DNA of 64,000 nt, taken from contig CBHTTJ010000001.1 of NCBI GenBank assembly GCA_966095605.1, positions 7,906 through 71,905 on the forward strand, written 5' to 3'. This stretch comes from an uncultured bacterium. GTDB taxonomy: Bacteria; Verrucomicrobiota; Verrucomicrobiia; Limisphaerales; JACDHS01. Positions 10,581 through 21,590 of this stretch are shown one piece after another (the stretch's first letter is position 1; each line of letters starts with the position of its first letter). The translations under genes were made by a program, and so were the position numbers. The notes under the pieces are model-generated. The model was given only the letters and a program-made list of their open reading frames with translations. It was not told the DNA's origin and did not search any database.

Positions 10581-11699
10581 ATGAGTAAACGTATTTTGAT
10601 CACCGGTGGTGCCGGATTTATCGGCTCCCATCTCGCCCAGGAACTTCTCGATGCCGGATATGAAGTTAGAGTTTACGACTGTCTTTCCGAACAAGTCCAC
10701 GGCGGCAGTCGCGATCGGCCCACTTACCTCAGCGCTGATGTGGAACTCGTTCTCGGCGACGTTCGCGACGAAAGAAGTTTACGCAAAGCTCTGCGCGGCA
10801 TTGACGCCGTATATCATCTCGCGGCGATGGTCGGGGTTGGGCAAAGCATGTATGAAATCGCAAAATACACGTCGGTTAATAACGATGGGACAGCCACTTT
10901 GCTGGAGTTATTAATCGAAAATCCAGTGCAGCGATTGGTGGTGGCTTCAAGCATGAGCATTTATGGCGAGGGTTTGTACTGCACAGAGCAAGGGAGACTT
11001 GTTCCCGGTCTGGAGAGAAGTGTTGCACAGTTACACCGGCACGAATGGGAATTGCATTCTGCTGATGGTCATTGCCTTAAGCCCGTTCCAACCTCAGAAG
11101 AAAAAACTCCTTGTCTCTCCTCGATTTATGCGCTGTCGAAATACGATCAGGAGAGAATGTGTCTTCTTGTCGGCCGGGCGTACAACATTCCCACCGTGGC
11201 CCTACGATTCTTCAATGTTTATGGCCCAAACCAAGCCCTTTCTAATCCTTACACTGGCGTGTTGGCGATCTTTGCGTCGAGATTGTTGAATGATAATCCG
11301 CCGCTTATTTTTGAAGATGGGTTCCAAAGACGAGATTTTGTGAGCGTTCACGACGTGGCGCATGCGGGACGTCTCGCTCTGGAGACAGCGACAATTTCGA
11401 ATGATGTTTTCAACGTTGGGAGTGGTGAGAATTTTACAATTCGTGAAGTGGCTGCTCGGATGGCGACCGCAGTGAACAAAGAGTATATGGAGCCGGAAAT
11501 TACACAGAATTACAGGGTGGGAGATGTTCGCCATTGTTTTGCGGATATTTCCAAGGCCCAAAGAATTCTGGGTTATGAACCCGTCGTGAGTTTCGAAGAA
11601 GGGCTGGAGGAATTGGCTCATTGGCTCGAACGCGAGGTTGCGGTGGATCGTGTCGTCGAAGCCAAAGCCGCCCTTCAAGCCAGAGGCCTTGCTATATGA
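10581..11699 (+). CDS. NAD-dependent sugar epimerase/dehydratase (SDR family)
   Basis: 'ILITGGAGFIGSHL' Rossmann motif and catalytic 'YALSKYDQE' (YxxxK). Confidence 0.85.
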   Translation: MSKRILITGGAGFIGSHLAQELLDAGYEVRVYDCLSEQVHGGSRDRPTYLSADVELVLGDVRDERSLRKALRGIDAVYHLAAMVGVGQSMYEIAKYTSVNNDGTATLLELLIENPVQRLVVASSMSIYGEGLYCTEQGRLVPGLERSVAQLHRHEWELHSADGHCLKPVPTSEEKTPCLSSIYALSKYDQERMCLLVGRAYNIPTVALRFFNVYGPNQALSNPYTGVLAIFASRLLNDNPPLIFEDGFQRRDFVSVHDVAHAGRLALETATISNDVFNVGSGENFTIREVAARMATAVNKEYMEPEITQNYRVGDVRHCFADISKAQRILGYEPVVSFEEGLEELAHWLEREVAVDRVVEAKAALQARGLAI

Positions 11700-12907
11700 A
11701 TCTCTCCCTAAATAGCGGTAACGGATCGGTTCGCCTAGATGGTGGCGACAAGCGTCCGGTGCTCATCACAGGCGGCTGTGGTTTCATCGGAACCAACCTG
11801 GCGCATCGATATCTGAGCAATGGCCAGCGAGTCATTCTGTTTGATAACTTGTCTCGCCCCGGTGCTGAAAAGAATTTGAAATGGTTGCGAGAGACACACG
11901 GGAATGCTTTTGATGTCGAAATCAATGATGTGCGTAATCCAAGGGCCTTGCGTGGCGTAATTCGGAATGTCTCGAAAGTATTTCATTTTGCAGCCCAGGT
12001 GGCTGTCACGACTAGCTTGTCTAATCCCATTGAAGATTTCGAAGTGAATGCCCGAGGAACGTTGAATGTTCTTGAGGCAATCCGTGATCTGAATATTCGA
12101 CCGTCACTCGTTTTCACATCGAGTAACAAAGTCTATGGTGATCTCGCTGAGGTTCGGTTGAATGGGCGTGGAGACCGCTATACGCCGGTAGATCGCCTGG
12201 TTTGTCAGCATGGATTCAGCGAAAACCAACCTTTACATTTTCACAGTCCGTACGGCTGCTCAAAAGGTGCCGGCGGTCAGTACGTTTTGGATTATGCAAG
12301 GACCTTTGGCGTTCCGGCTGCGGTTTTTCACATGAGTTGCATCTATGGACCCCACCAGTTTGGAAATGAGGACCAGGGCTGGGTGGCTCATTTTCTTATT
12401 CGAGCGATGGAGGGCCATCCCATCACGATCTACGGAAATGGGAAACAAGTGCGTGATATCCTGTTTGTTGAAGATTTGGTGGATGCGCTTCTGCTGGCTC
12501 AAAAGAACATTTCTCGACTGTCGGGGCAAAGCTTCAATATTGGCGGTGGAACTCAGAACACGGTCAGCCTGCTCGAGTTACTTCAGAATATGGAACGCTT
12601 ATGTGGTCGGCTTCCGGATTTGAAATTTGAGCCAACACGGGCTGCTGACCAGCTGTACTACGTCTCCGACATTCGAAAGTTTTTTGGCGCCACAGGATGG
12701 TGGCCGAAAGTTGCTGCAATGGAAGGCATCCAGCGACTTTATGCCTGGCTTGCGGAAAATCATACGTCACCGACCTTGCGACGTTTCAATGCCGTTTCTT
12801 CTTCCGACACGATCCGCCGAAACCCAGTCACATACCAGCCTTCTCAATCTCAGCCGCGGAGCAAACGACTTTGGCGCCGGCCTGAAAAATCTACGGAAGT
12901 TCATTAA
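11696..12907 (+). CDS. NAD-dependent sugar epimerase/dehydratase (second SDR, CDP-sugar epimerase-like)
   Basis: 'VLITGGCGFIGTNL' and 'YGCSKGAGGQY' (YxxxK). Start moved to the ATG at 11696, which forms an ATGA overlap with the upstream stop (11697-11699). Confidence 0.8.
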   Translation: MNLSLNSGNGSVRLDGGDKRPVLITGGCGFIGTNLAHRYLSNGQRVILFDNLSRPGAEKNLKWLRETHGNAFDVEINDVRNPRALRGVIRNVSKVFHFAAQVAVTTSLSNPIEDFEVNARGTLNVLEAIRDLNIRPSLVFTSSNKVYGDLAEVRLNGRGDRYTPVDRLVCQHGFSENQPLHFHSPYGCSKGAGGQYVLDYARTFGVPAAVFHMSCIYGPHQFGNEDQGWVAHFLIRAMEGHPITIYGNGKQVRDILFVEDLVDALLLAQKNISRLSGQSFNIGGGTQNTVSLLELLQNMERLCGRLPDLKFEPTRAADQLYYVSDIRKFFGATGWWPKVAAMEGIQRLYAWLAENHTSPTLRRFNAVSSSDTIRRNPVTYQPSQSQPRSKRLWRRPEKSTEVH

Positions 12908-12909
12908 CT

Positions 12910-13881
12910 ATGCGCCAAAACAGGACAATGCTTGCAGCGACCTTGTGTGCACCTCACCGGTTCGACTTGGTAAAAACCTTTCTGCCCGAACCCCGAGGTA
13001 ATGAGGTCAGAATTCGCATCGAAGGATGCGGTGTGTGTGGCTCGAACCTGCCGCCATGGCAAGGACGGGATTGGTTCAATTATCCGTTCCCGTCGGGTGC
13101 GCCGGGGCACGAAGGTTGGGGAGAGGTGGATGCAATCGGAGAAGCGGTTACCCAGGTTAAGATTGGTGACCGCGTTGCGGTTCTTTCTTATCACGCCTTT
13201 GCAGAATGCGATGTCGCCGACGAAAATGTCGTCGTTCGTCTTCCGACGGCCCTTAAGAAGAAGCCATTCCCCGGTGAGGCGCTTGGGTGCGCAATGAACG
13301 TAATGGCCCGGTCTCAGATCAAGTCAGGCGAATTGGTGGCGGTCGTCGGAATCGGGTTTCTTGGAGCCCTTGTGACCGCTTTGGCTGTTCGGGCTGGAGC
13401 ACAGGTTGTCGCAATTTCGAGACGGGATTTGGCTCTTGATACCGCCTTGGCGTATGGTGCGGCCGCGGCGATTCCCTTGCGGGATCGTGAGGACATAGTA
13501 AAGCGCGTTGAAAAGTTGACAGACGGAAAGCTGTGCGACTGTGTCATTGAATCTGTCGGGTCTGAATGCCCTCTTAACCTTGCGGCGGAACTTACGAAGG
13601 AAAGAGGCCGGCTCATTATCGCCGGTTATCATCAGGATGGACAGCGACGCGTCAACATGCAGTTGTGGAATTGGCGGGGCCTTGACGTAATCAACGCGCA
13701 TGAACGCGATCCGAATGTTTATGTGCGTGGAATGAAGTCCGCAGTGGATGTAGTTGCTTCTGGCGAGCTTGATCCCTCCCCGCTTTATACACACACCTTT
13801 CCCCTGCAAGAAATTCAGAGCGCGTTCGCGACGATGAACGATCGACCGGAAAATTTTCTAAAGGCTCTCATCAGACTATGA
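12910..13881 (+). CDS. Zinc-type medium-chain alcohol/polyol dehydrogenase
   Basis: 'GCGVCGSNL', 'GHEGWGEV' and the NAD-binding 'VVGIGFLGAL' motifs. Confidence 0.75.
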   Translation: MRQNRTMLAATLCAPHRFDLVKTFLPEPRGNEVRIRIEGCGVCGSNLPPWQGRDWFNYPFPSGAPGHEGWGEVDAIGEAVTQVKIGDRVAVLSYHAFAECDVADENVVVRLPTALKKKPFPGEALGCAMNVMARSQIKSGELVAVVGIGFLGALVTALAVRAGAQVVAISRRDLALDTALAYGAAAAIPLRDREDIVKRVEKLTDGKLCDCVIESVGSECPLNLAAELTKERGRLIIAGYHQDGQRRVNMQLWNWRGLDVINAHERDPNVYVRGMKSAVDVVASGELDPSPLYTHTFPLQEIQSAFATMNDRPENFLKALIRL

Positions 13882-14945
13882 ATGGCGTCGAAAGGAATTT
13901 TTTCCCAGAGTTTTCAACTCCGCTCCGCAAGCCGCGGCTCGGCTTTTTAGGTGTCGGCTGGATCGGACGGCAACGAATGGAGGCGATAGGCCGGAGCGGA
14001 TGCGCTGAAATTGTTGGAGTTGCCGATGAGTCGAAAAGCTCGGGTGAGGCGGCTGGGAGGCAGGTCCAGGAATTCATCACCCAAGGGCATCAACATAGTC
14101 CATTCGTCGCGCACTCCCTCGAAGATCTGCTGAATATGAGCCTGGATGGCGTGATTATCGCGACGCCCAGCGCACTCCACGCAGAGCAATCGATCGCGGC
14201 ATTAAGAAGAGGTGTTGCAGTTTTTTGTCAAAAACCTCTTGCCCGAACGGCGGTTGAAACTCATCGGGTTGTGTCAGTCGCTAAAGAACACAATCGTCTG
14301 CTCGGAGTGGATTTGTCGTATCGGTTTATCGATGGAGCCAGAAGGATTCGTGAGTTGGTAAAAACAGGTGAGTTGGGAGAGATCTATGCCTCGGAGTTGA
14401 CTTTCCACAATGCCTATGGACCTGACAAAGCGTGGTTCTATGACCCGAAACTTTCGGGGGGTGGTTGCGTCATCGACCTGGGCGTTCACTTGGTTGATCT
14501 CGCTATGTGGATCCTGAATTGCAAGGAAGCGACTCGGGTCGATAGCGCCCTGTATGCGAAAGGTCAGAAGGTCACCTCGGGCAATGTGGTGGAAGATTTT
14601 GCCTCAGCTCTTGTGGAATTGAAATGCGGCACCTCGATGCAAGTTGCCTGCTCATGGAGATTGCCTGCCGGATGTGACGCCCGAATTTCTGCCGCCTTTT
14701 TCGGAACGAAAGGAGGCGCGATATTAGAAAACGTCGATGGATCCTTTTATACATTTCGATCATGGCGATGTGACGGCACGAAACGAGACGTCTTGACGAA
14801 GGTGGATGAAGACTGGTCGGGACGTGCCGCTATCGCGTGGTCTCGGCGATTGGCGATCAGCAATGAATTCGATCCTGAAATCGAGTCGGTCGTGAATGTT
14901 GCCGACGTTTTGGATCGAATTTACGGGCGGGGGGAGATGGTATGA
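13878..14945 (+). CDS. Gfo/Idh/MocA-family oxidoreductase
   Basis: N-terminal Rossmann 'LGFLGVGWIGRQR', 'CQKPLA' motif, size and layout of the family. 4-nt overlap with the upstream gene. Confidence 0.7.
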   Translation: MNGVERNFFPEFSTPLRKPRLGFLGVGWIGRQRMEAIGRSGCAEIVGVADESKSSGEAAGRQVQEFITQGHQHSPFVAHSLEDLLNMSLDGVIIATPSALHAEQSIAALRRGVAVFCQKPLARTAVETHRVVSVAKEHNRLLGVDLSYRFIDGARRIRELVKTGELGEIYASELTFHNAYGPDKAWFYDPKLSGGGCVIDLGVHLVDLAMWILNCKEATRVDSALYAKGQKVTSGNVVEDFASALVELKCGTSMQVACSWRLPAGCDARISAAFFGTKGGAILENVDGSFYTFRSWRCDGTKRDVLTKVDEDWSGRAAIAWSRRLAISNEFDPEIESVVNVADVLDRIYGRGEMV

Positions 14946-16081
14946 CGCCTCGGCGCATTTTGATGACAGCAGATACGATAGGCGGTGTTTGGACCTACGC
15001 CACGGAACTGGCTGAGAATTTTGCCGACTTTGGAATTGAAGTTGTACTGGCGACGATGGGCCGCGCTGTGAGTGCGGATCAAAGAAAACAACTCGGGAGA
15101 TTGGGAAACGTGGAGTTGTGTGAAAGCGAGTTTAGGCTGGAGTGGATGGAAAATCCTTGGCGGGACGTGGAGGCGGCCGGGAAATGGCTTCTCGGAATTG
15201 AAGAGAATTTTAAGCCAGATTTGGTCCATCTTAACAGCTTCGGTCAGGGTGCGTTGGCATGGCAGGTGCCCCATATTGTGGTGGGACATTCATGTGTCAG
15301 TTCCTGGTGGCAAGCGGTCAAAGGGGAAGCCATTCCGCGCTCCTGGGATCGGTATGTTGCAACTGTTCGAGATAGTTTGAGGTCAGCAGCTTTCGTCGTT
15401 GCTCCAACTCGGGGAATGCTTAACGAGCTAAACTTTTTTTACGGTCCGTTCTCAAAGTATGGAGTGGTTCATAATTTCCGGAATCCGACTGGTTTTCGCG
15501 CTGATGCCAAGGAGGAGTTTTTGATCACCGCCGGAAGGCTGTGGGATGAGGCTAAAAATCTCTCATTGTTGTTAGAGATCGCTAATCAGCTTCCATGGTC
15601 CATTTATTTAGCCGGCGAGGAACAAAGTGCCGGCGCGTCGATTCGCCGCTCTGTGTATCCTCTTGGGAAATTAGATCCAGAGCCTTTGGCGGAATGGTTG
15701 GGCCGAGCCGCGATTTACGTGGCGCCCGCTCTTTATGAGCCGTTTGGACTGTCCATTCTGGAAGCCGCGCTGTCAGGCTGTGCTTTGGTCCTGGCGGATA
15801 TTCCGACGCTTAGGGAATTATGGAATGGTGCCGCGATATTTATTGCTCCAGACGATCCCCAGGCTTGGCAAGCGGAGTTGGGAAATCTGATTTGGGACAA
15901 ACATCGGATTAAGGAGTTAGCGGCTCTCGCACGATGCCGAGCGCTCAAATTCAATTCAGCAGAAGGAACTCGTGCGTATCTCGATCTATACGAGGTCGTT
16001 TTGACGGCCTCCAACTCGACCGCGAAAGCACAAAGGAGGTTTTGTGAGAATCGTGATGTTTTACCACACGCTGTTGTCTGA
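14942..16081 (+). CDS. Glycosyltransferase family 4 (GT-B, group 1)
   Basis: C-terminal 'EPFGLSILEAALSGCALV' (E-x7-E motif). Overlaps the upstream stop. Confidence 0.75.
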   Translation: MTPRRILMTADTIGGVWTYATELAENFADFGIEVVLATMGRAVSADQRKQLGRLGNVELCESEFRLEWMENPWRDVEAAGKWLLGIEENFKPDLVHLNSFGQGALAWQVPHIVVGHSCVSSWWQAVKGEAIPRSWDRYVATVRDSLRSAAFVVAPTRGMLNELNFFYGPFSKYGVVHNFRNPTGFRADAKEEFLITAGRLWDEAKNLSLLLEIANQLPWSIYLAGEEQSAGASIRRSVYPLGKLDPEPLAEWLGRAAIYVAPALYEPFGLSILEAALSGCALVLADIPTLRELWNGAAIFIAPDDPQAWQAELGNLIWDKHRIKELAALARCRALKFNSAEGTRAYLDLYEVVLTASNSTAKAQRRFCENRDVLPHAVV

Positions 16082-17159
16082 CTGGAATCATGGCAACGCA
16101 CACTTTTTACGAGGGGTTGCAACAGAACTAATCTCTCGCGGACATGAGGTTCGGATTTTCGAGCCGACTCATTCCTGGAGTTACTCAAATTTGGTCAACG
16201 AGCACGGTGGCGATCCGATTCACCAGTTCCACGCAATGTATCCCACACTGAAGAGCATTCGTTATAATGAGAGCATTGATCTCGGCGCCGAACTCGAAAA
16301 GGCAGATTTAGTCGTGGTCCACGAATGGAACAGTCCCGACCTCGTAGCGAAGATTGGGGCCCACCGCCGTTCACGCGGAGACTATGTGCTTCTTTTTCAC
16401 GATACGCACCATCGAATGGTCACCGCTCCGGAGCAGATGTCTGACTTTGACCTCCGCGGATATGACGGAGTCCTGGCTTATGGCAAAGTGCTTCGCGATC
16501 TTTACCTGCAGCGTCAGTTGACGTCCTCGGCGTGGACGTGGCACGAAGCTGCGGATACCCGGGTATTCCACCCAATTCCATCCGCAAACTACGAAGGCGA
16601 CCTGGTTTGGATTGGAAACTGGGGCGACGACGAGCGGACGTCCGAATTGTACGAGTTCCTGATCGCCCCGGTGAAGGAATTGGGGCTGAAAGCGCGGGTG
16701 TACGGTGTTCGCTATCCCAATGAAGCTAAAGAGGCGCTTGCCCACGCCGGTATTGAATATGCGGGCTGGCTGCCGAATTTTGATGTTCCAAAGGTTTTCT
16801 CGCGTTTCAAACTGACCATCCACGTTCCACGACGACCCTATGTGGAACGATTACCCGGAATTCCTACTATTCGACCCTTTGAGGCCCTTGCTTGCGGCAT
16901 TCCTCTAATTTGTTCTCCCTGGAAAGACACTGAAGGGTTGTTTAACCCGGGGAAAGACTATCTCGTGGCAAGAAGCGGCGACGAAATGAAGCTGCACATT
17001 AAATGCCTCCTCAAAGATTCAAGGTTGGCCAGGTCGATCGCGGATCATGGAGTCGCGACCATTCAATCGCGACATACTTGTCGCCACCGGGTAACAGAGC
17101 TACTCAAAATATTTGAAACCCTTCGGCCTACTGCGTTGAAGAAGAGAGTATTTGTATGA
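16044..17159 (+). CDS. CgeB-like / DUF3880-type glycosyltransferase, paralogue 1 of 4
   Basis: N-terminus 'MRIVMFYHTLLSDWNHGNAHFLRGVATELISRGHEVRIFEP' and C-terminal 'FEALACGIPLI' are shared with the three paralogues below. GTG start preceded by AAGGAGG. Confidence 0.6.
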   Translation: MRIVMFYHTLLSDWNHGNAHFLRGVATELISRGHEVRIFEPTHSWSYSNLVNEHGGDPIHQFHAMYPTLKSIRYNESIDLGAELEKADLVVVHEWNSPDLVAKIGAHRRSRGDYVLLFHDTHHRMVTAPEQMSDFDLRGYDGVLAYGKVLRDLYLQRQLTSSAWTWHEAADTRVFHPIPSANYEGDLVWIGNWGDDERTSELYEFLIAPVKELGLKARVYGVRYPNEAKEALAHAGIEYAGWLPNFDVPKVFSRFKLTIHVPRRPYVERLPGIPTIRPFEALACGIPLICSPWKDTEGLFNPGKDYLVARSGDEMKLHIKCLLKDSRLARSIADHGVATIQSRHTCRHRVTELLKIFETLRPTALKKRVFV

Positions 17160-18250
17160 AAACGCATCTAAACATTGCATTTTTCGGCTCCAGTCTCGTC
17201 TCGGCATATTGGAATGGAGCGGCCACTTATTATCGGGGGATTATTCGAGCCCTTTATCAAAGGGGACATCGCGTTACATTTTATGAGCCAGATGCTTTCG
17301 AAAGACAGCGGCATCGCGACATTCCGGATCCGGATTGGGCTGAAGTCGTTGTTTATCCCGCTACCGAGAAAAGTGTTTTGCACGCCGTTGAAAGTGCTCA
17401 AGGAGCGGACCTGATTATCAAGGCGAGTGGAGTGGGCGTGTTCGATCAGTTGCTGGAAGCGAGCGTATTGGAGTGTCACAGCGGCAAAAGCACGGTCGCC
17501 TTTTGGGATGTGGATGCGCCGGCCACACTGGATCGCCTTGGTAAGAACCCAGGCGATCCGTTCCGTTCACTCATTCCGCGTTACGATCTCATTTTGACTT
17601 ACGGAGGAGGTAAGCCTGTTTGCGAGGCGTACCTCCAATTAGAAGCGGCAGCTTGCGTTCCAATATATAATGCGCTTGATCCTCACACTCATTTTTCCGT
17701 CGCAGCGGATCCGCGTTTTGAAGGAGACGTGGCGTTTCTCGGAAATCGGCTGCCTGACCGGGAAAAGCGCGTCGAAAACTTCTTTTTCCAGCCGGCCTTG
17801 GATTTGCCTCACAAAAGATTTCTTCTCGGAGGTAGTGGATGGCAGGACAAAACGATGTCTCCAAACGTGGGGTATGTCGGACACGTATATACCAGGGATC
17901 ACAATGCCTTCAATTGCACCCCAAAAGCCGTCTTAAATATTAATCGAGACAGCATGGCCAGCTATGGCTTTTCACCTCCAACCCGTGTTTTTGAAGCCGC
18001 TGGAGCAGGGGCCTGCATCATCACGGATGCCTGGGCGGGTATTGAAGAATTCCTGGAGCCTGGAGAGCAGATCCTTGTCGCTGAAAATGGAAACGAGGTC
18101 ATCGAAATCCTGGATGCTTTGACACCGAAACGGGCTCATGAAATTGGCCGCGCTGCTTTAAGGAGGGTTCTTTCCGCTCACACGTACACTCACCGCGCTG
18201 AAGAATTGGAACATGTCCTGGAAGGACGCTTAAAGGAGGTGATCGCATGA
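17156..18250 (+). CDS. CgeB-like glycosyltransferase, paralogue 2 of 4
   Basis: 'FFGSSLVSAYWNGAATYYRGIIRALYQRGHRVTFYEPD' and 'FEAAGAGACIITD'. 4-nt overlap with the upstream gene. Confidence 0.6.
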   Translation: MKTHLNIAFFGSSLVSAYWNGAATYYRGIIRALYQRGHRVTFYEPDAFERQRHRDIPDPDWAEVVVYPATEKSVLHAVESAQGADLIIKASGVGVFDQLLEASVLECHSGKSTVAFWDVDAPATLDRLGKNPGDPFRSLIPRYDLILTYGGGKPVCEAYLQLEAAACVPIYNALDPHTHFSVAADPRFEGDVAFLGNRLPDREKRVENFFFQPALDLPHKRFLLGGSGWQDKTMSPNVGYVGHVYTRDHNAFNCTPKAVLNINRDSMASYGFSPPTRVFEAAGAGACIITDAWAGIEEFLEPGEQILVAENGNEVIEILDALTPKRAHEIGRAALRRVLSAHTYTHRAEELEHVLEGRLKEVIA

Positions 18251-19392
18251 AAGTAGTTATTCTTGGCCTTTCAATTACGTCCTCCTGGGGTAACGGCCAC
18301 GCAACGACTTATCGCGGGTTATCACGAGCCCTCGCCGCCGTCGGTCATGAGGTGATTTTCCTTGAGAGAGATGTTCCGTGGTACGCTGGAAACCGGGACT
18401 GTCATAAATGTAAGTTTTGCAAAATTGGTCTTTATAGGAATTTGCAACAGCTTGAGACTCAGTATGGCGAAATCGTACGCCATGCCGACCTCGTATTGGT
18501 TGGATCTTATGTGCCGGATGGAATCTGGATCGGTGAATGGGTGACGGGGGTGGCTCGGGGAATTACCGCGTTTTACGACATTGATACGCCTATAACGCTC
18601 GCGAGGTTGCAAAACAAACAATGTGATTACCTTTCCGTCGAGCTGATTCCCAAGTATCAGATCTATTTATCTTTCACGGGAGGCCCAACGCTGGGACGGC
18701 TTGAAGGGGAATATGGATCCCCCATGGCACGGCCTTTGTATTGTTCGGTGGATTTGGATCTCTACTCGCCGATTTCCTGCGAAAAAAGGTGGATTCTCGG
18801 TTATCTCGGAACTTATAGCGACGATCGCCAGCCCGCCTTGCGGGAACTGCTATTAAAACCGGCAGTGCAGACTCCTGAACACTCGTTCGCCGTGGCGGGT
18901 GCCCAATACCCTGAAGATATTCGGTGGCCGGATAACGTGAGCCGCATCACGCACCTCGAGCCGAAATTGCACAGAAAATTTTATAACGAACAGAGCTTTA
19001 CTTTGAACATTACCAGGGCCGACATGAAACGGGCAGGGTACTCACCCAGTGTTCGGTTGTTTGAGGCGGCAGCGTGCGGAACACCTATCATCACCGATTA
19101 CTGGTCTGGCATTGAGAACTTCTTTATTCCAGGGGAGGAAATTCTGATCGCGCAGAATCACGAAGATATCCTGGGCTTTTTGAGAGAAATTTCTCCTAAG
19201 ACCCGAAAGCGATTGGGGGAACAATGTCGTCGTCGCATTCTTTCTTCCCATACATCTGCTCATCGTGTTCGGGAGTTGGAAGGATATCTGCGGGAGGTAC
19301 GCCCCGTTGGGAAAAAACTGTTTCCTCCAAATTCGGCGTCGTGCGACCCCTCAGTCGTCATTTCAAGGACAACTTTTTATGAAAACATCTAA
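18247..19392 (+). CDS. CgeB-like glycosyltransferase, paralogue 3 of 4
   Basis: '[46 protein letters not shown]' and '[13 protein letters not shown]'. Closest to paralogue 4. Confidence 0.6.
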   Translation: MKVVILGLSITSSWGNGHATTYRGLSRALAAVGHEVIFLERDVPWYAGNRDCHKCKFCKIGLYRNLQQLETQYGEIVRHADLVLVGSYVPDGIWIGEWVTGVARGITAFYDIDTPITLARLQNKQCDYLSVELIPKYQIYLSFTGGPTLGRLEGEYGSPMARPLYCSVDLDLYSPISCEKRWILGYLGTYSDDRQPALRELLLKPAVQTPEHSFAVAGAQYPEDIRWPDNVSRITHLEPKLHRKFYNEQSFTLNITRADMKRAGYSPSVRLFEAAACGTPIITDYWSGIENFFIPGEEILIAQNHEDILGFLREISPKTRKRLGEQCRRRILSSHTSAHRVRELEGYLREVRPVGKKLFPPNSASCDPSVVISRTTFYENI

Positions 19393-20503
19393 GAAGGTTC
19401 GGGTAGCTATCATTGGAGCTGGAAATTGTGCCTCCTCTCTTGTGCAAGGAGTTGAATTTTACCGGAACACCGCCGAAGAAACAGATGTCCCGGGATTGAT
19501 GCACGTTCGTTTGGGTGATTATCACGTTGGTGACATCGAGTTCACCGCCGCCTTCGATGTGAACAGGACGAAGGTTGGCAGAGACCTGTCGGAAGCCATC
19601 TTCGCTGCGCCAAATAATACCATCGAATTTTGTAAGGTTCCTTACCTGAGCGCTCCTGTTTATCGAGGTATGACTCATGATGGTTTGGGAAAATATTTGA
19701 ACGACGTGATTGAAAAAGCTCCGGGTGAAACCGATGACATTGTCGGCATCCTTCGAGACACGAGGACGGAGGTTGTTGTTTCGTACCTTCCGGTCGGCTC
19801 CGAAATGGCCACAAAATGGTACGTGGAACAGGTATTGGAGGCTGGTTGTGGGTTTGTGAACTGTATCCCTGTTTTCATTGCGTCACAACCTTACTGGCAA
19901 AAACGATTCGAAGACCGAGGGCTGCCGATTGTCGGCGATGATATTAAATCACAGGTTGGGGCAACGATTACGCATCGGGTCCTCACCAGTTTATTTCGAG
20001 ATCGCGGAGTTCGGTTGGACCGAACCTATCAACTGAATTTCGGGGGTAACACGGATTTCATGAACATGCTCGAACGCGAGCGGCTGGAATCGAAAAAGAT
20101 TTCGAAAACCAACGCCGTGACCAGTCAGTTGGGGCATCCTATGCCAGCCGATCAGGTGCATGTGGGACCGAGTGATTATGTGCCATGGCTGGCGGACCGC
20201 AAATGGTGCTATATCAAAATGGAAGGAACAACCTTCGGAAACGTTCCTCTGCACTGTGAGGTGAAACTAGAGGTGTGGGACTCGCCTAATTCTGCCGGTG
20301 TTGTGATAGACGCGGTGAGATGCGCCAAGACAGCGATGGATCGAGGTATTAGCGGGGCGCTGGTCGGGCCGTGTTCTTATTTCATGAAGTCGCCACCTCT
20401 GCAATTTAATGATTATGAGGCTCGCCAGAAAGTTGAAGCATTTATTCGGCGTGAAGAGGGACAGTCAGAGTCTCTCGCCGAAAGGAAAGTGGTCCATCTA
20501 TGA
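19379..20503 (+). CDS. ino1: myo-Inositol-1-phosphate synthase
   Basis: '[22 protein letters not shown]', 'SYLPVGSE', '[11 protein letters not shown]' are typical of bacterial/archaeal MIPS. Start moved to the in-frame ATG at 19379 ('MKTSKKVRV...'). Confidence 0.8.
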   Translation: MKTSKKVRVAIIGAGNCASSLVQGVEFYRNTAEETDVPGLMHVRLGDYHVGDIEFTAAFDVNRTKVGRDLSEAIFAAPNNTIEFCKVPYLSAPVYRGMTHDGLGKYLNDVIEKAPGETDDIVGILRDTRTEVVVSYLPVGSEMATKWYVEQVLEAGCGFVNCIPVFIASQPYWQKRFEDRGLPIVGDDIKSQVGATITHRVLTSLFRDRGVRLDRTYQLNFGGNTDFMNMLERERLESKKISKTNAVTSQLGHPMPADQVHVGPSDYVPWLADRKWCYIKMEGTTFGNVPLHCEVKLEVWDSPNSAGVVIDAVRCAKTAMDRGISGALVGPCSYFMKSPPLQFNDYEARQKVEAFIRREEGQSESLAERKVVHL

Positions 20504-21588
20504 AAATAGTTATCTTCGGCCTTACAATTAGTTCTTCCTGGGGAAATGGCCACGCAACTTTGTGGCGTGGACTTTGCAAGGCATTGGCAAACCGTGGCCA
20601 TGAGATTGTTTTTTTTGAGAAAGATGTTCCTTATTACGCAAAACATCGTGACCTTCTTGATCCTGCTTACGCGAAGTTAATTTTGTATGATAGGTGGCAC
20701 AATGTAGCGTTTCTCGCGAAGGACGCTTGCGGCCTAGCAGATGTCGCGATTGTTACTTCTTATTGTTCCGACGGAATTGCCGCTTCGGAACTGGTCACTT
20801 CGTCTTCAAGCCAGTTGAAAGTGTTCTATGACCTTGATGCGCCCGTCACGTTGCAGCGCTTGAAATGTGGGGAAAAGGTTGACTACGTCGGAGACCGAGG
20901 CTTCACGGACTTTGATCTGGTGCTCAGTTATACGGGCGGAAGAACTTTGGCGGAATTGAGGTTGCATTTGGGCGCCCGGAGAGCTGCTCCGCTATATGGC
21001 AGTGTTGATCCGCAAACCCATTATCGACGTCAACCCGTTTCGGCTTATGTTTCAGATTTTTCATACCTCGGAACTTATGCCGCCGACCGACAGCCATTGC
21101 TGAAAGAGCTATTTCTAAACCCGGCACGAAGGCAACCCGGTAAGAAATTTGTTATCGCAGGTGCTCAATACCCTGAAAACTTTCCCTGGGACGAGAACAT
21201 TTATTTCGTTCAACACCTCCCGCCTTTCGAACACGCGGCCTTTTTCTCTTCCTCAAGACTGACTTTAAATATCACCCGTCAGGCCATGGCAGAAATGGGC
21301 TATTGTCCATCGGGTAGATTGTTCGAAGCCGCAGCTTGTGGCACTCCAATCGTGACTGATGTTTGGGCAGGATTGGAGAGGTTTTTTACTCCGGGAAAAG
21401 AAGTTATCGCTGCTGGAAATGCTGCCGAGGTTATTCGCGCTGTCGATCTTTCGTCCCACGAACTCCAACGGATTTCGAAATGTGCACAGGAGCGCGTCTT
21501 GGATGAACACACTGCAGACGTGCGTGCCAGGGAATTAGAAGAAATCCTCGAAAGCACATTTTCTGAAACGGAAATGGTCCAGGTATAA
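20500..21588 (+). CDS. CgeB-like glycosyltransferase, paralogue 4 of 4
   Basis: '[46 protein letters not shown]' and '[13 protein letters not shown]'. 4-nt overlap with ino1. Confidence 0.6.
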   Translation: MKIVIFGLTISSSWGNGHATLWRGLCKALANRGHEIVFFEKDVPYYAKHRDLLDPAYAKLILYDRWHNVAFLAKDACGLADVAIVTSYCSDGIAASELVTSSSSQLKVFYDLDAPVTLQRLKCGEKVDYVGDRGFTDFDLVLSYTGGRTLAELRLHLGARRAAPLYGSVDPQTHYRRQPVSAYVSDFSYLGTYAADRQPLLKELFLNPARRQPGKKFVIAGAQYPENFPWDENIYFVQHLPPFEHAAFFSSSRLTLNITRQAMAEMGYCPSGRLFEAAACGTPIVTDVWAGLERFFTPGKEVIAAGNAAEVIRAVDLSSHELQRISKCAQERVLDEHTADVRARELEEILESTFSETEMVQV

Positions 21589-21590
21589 TT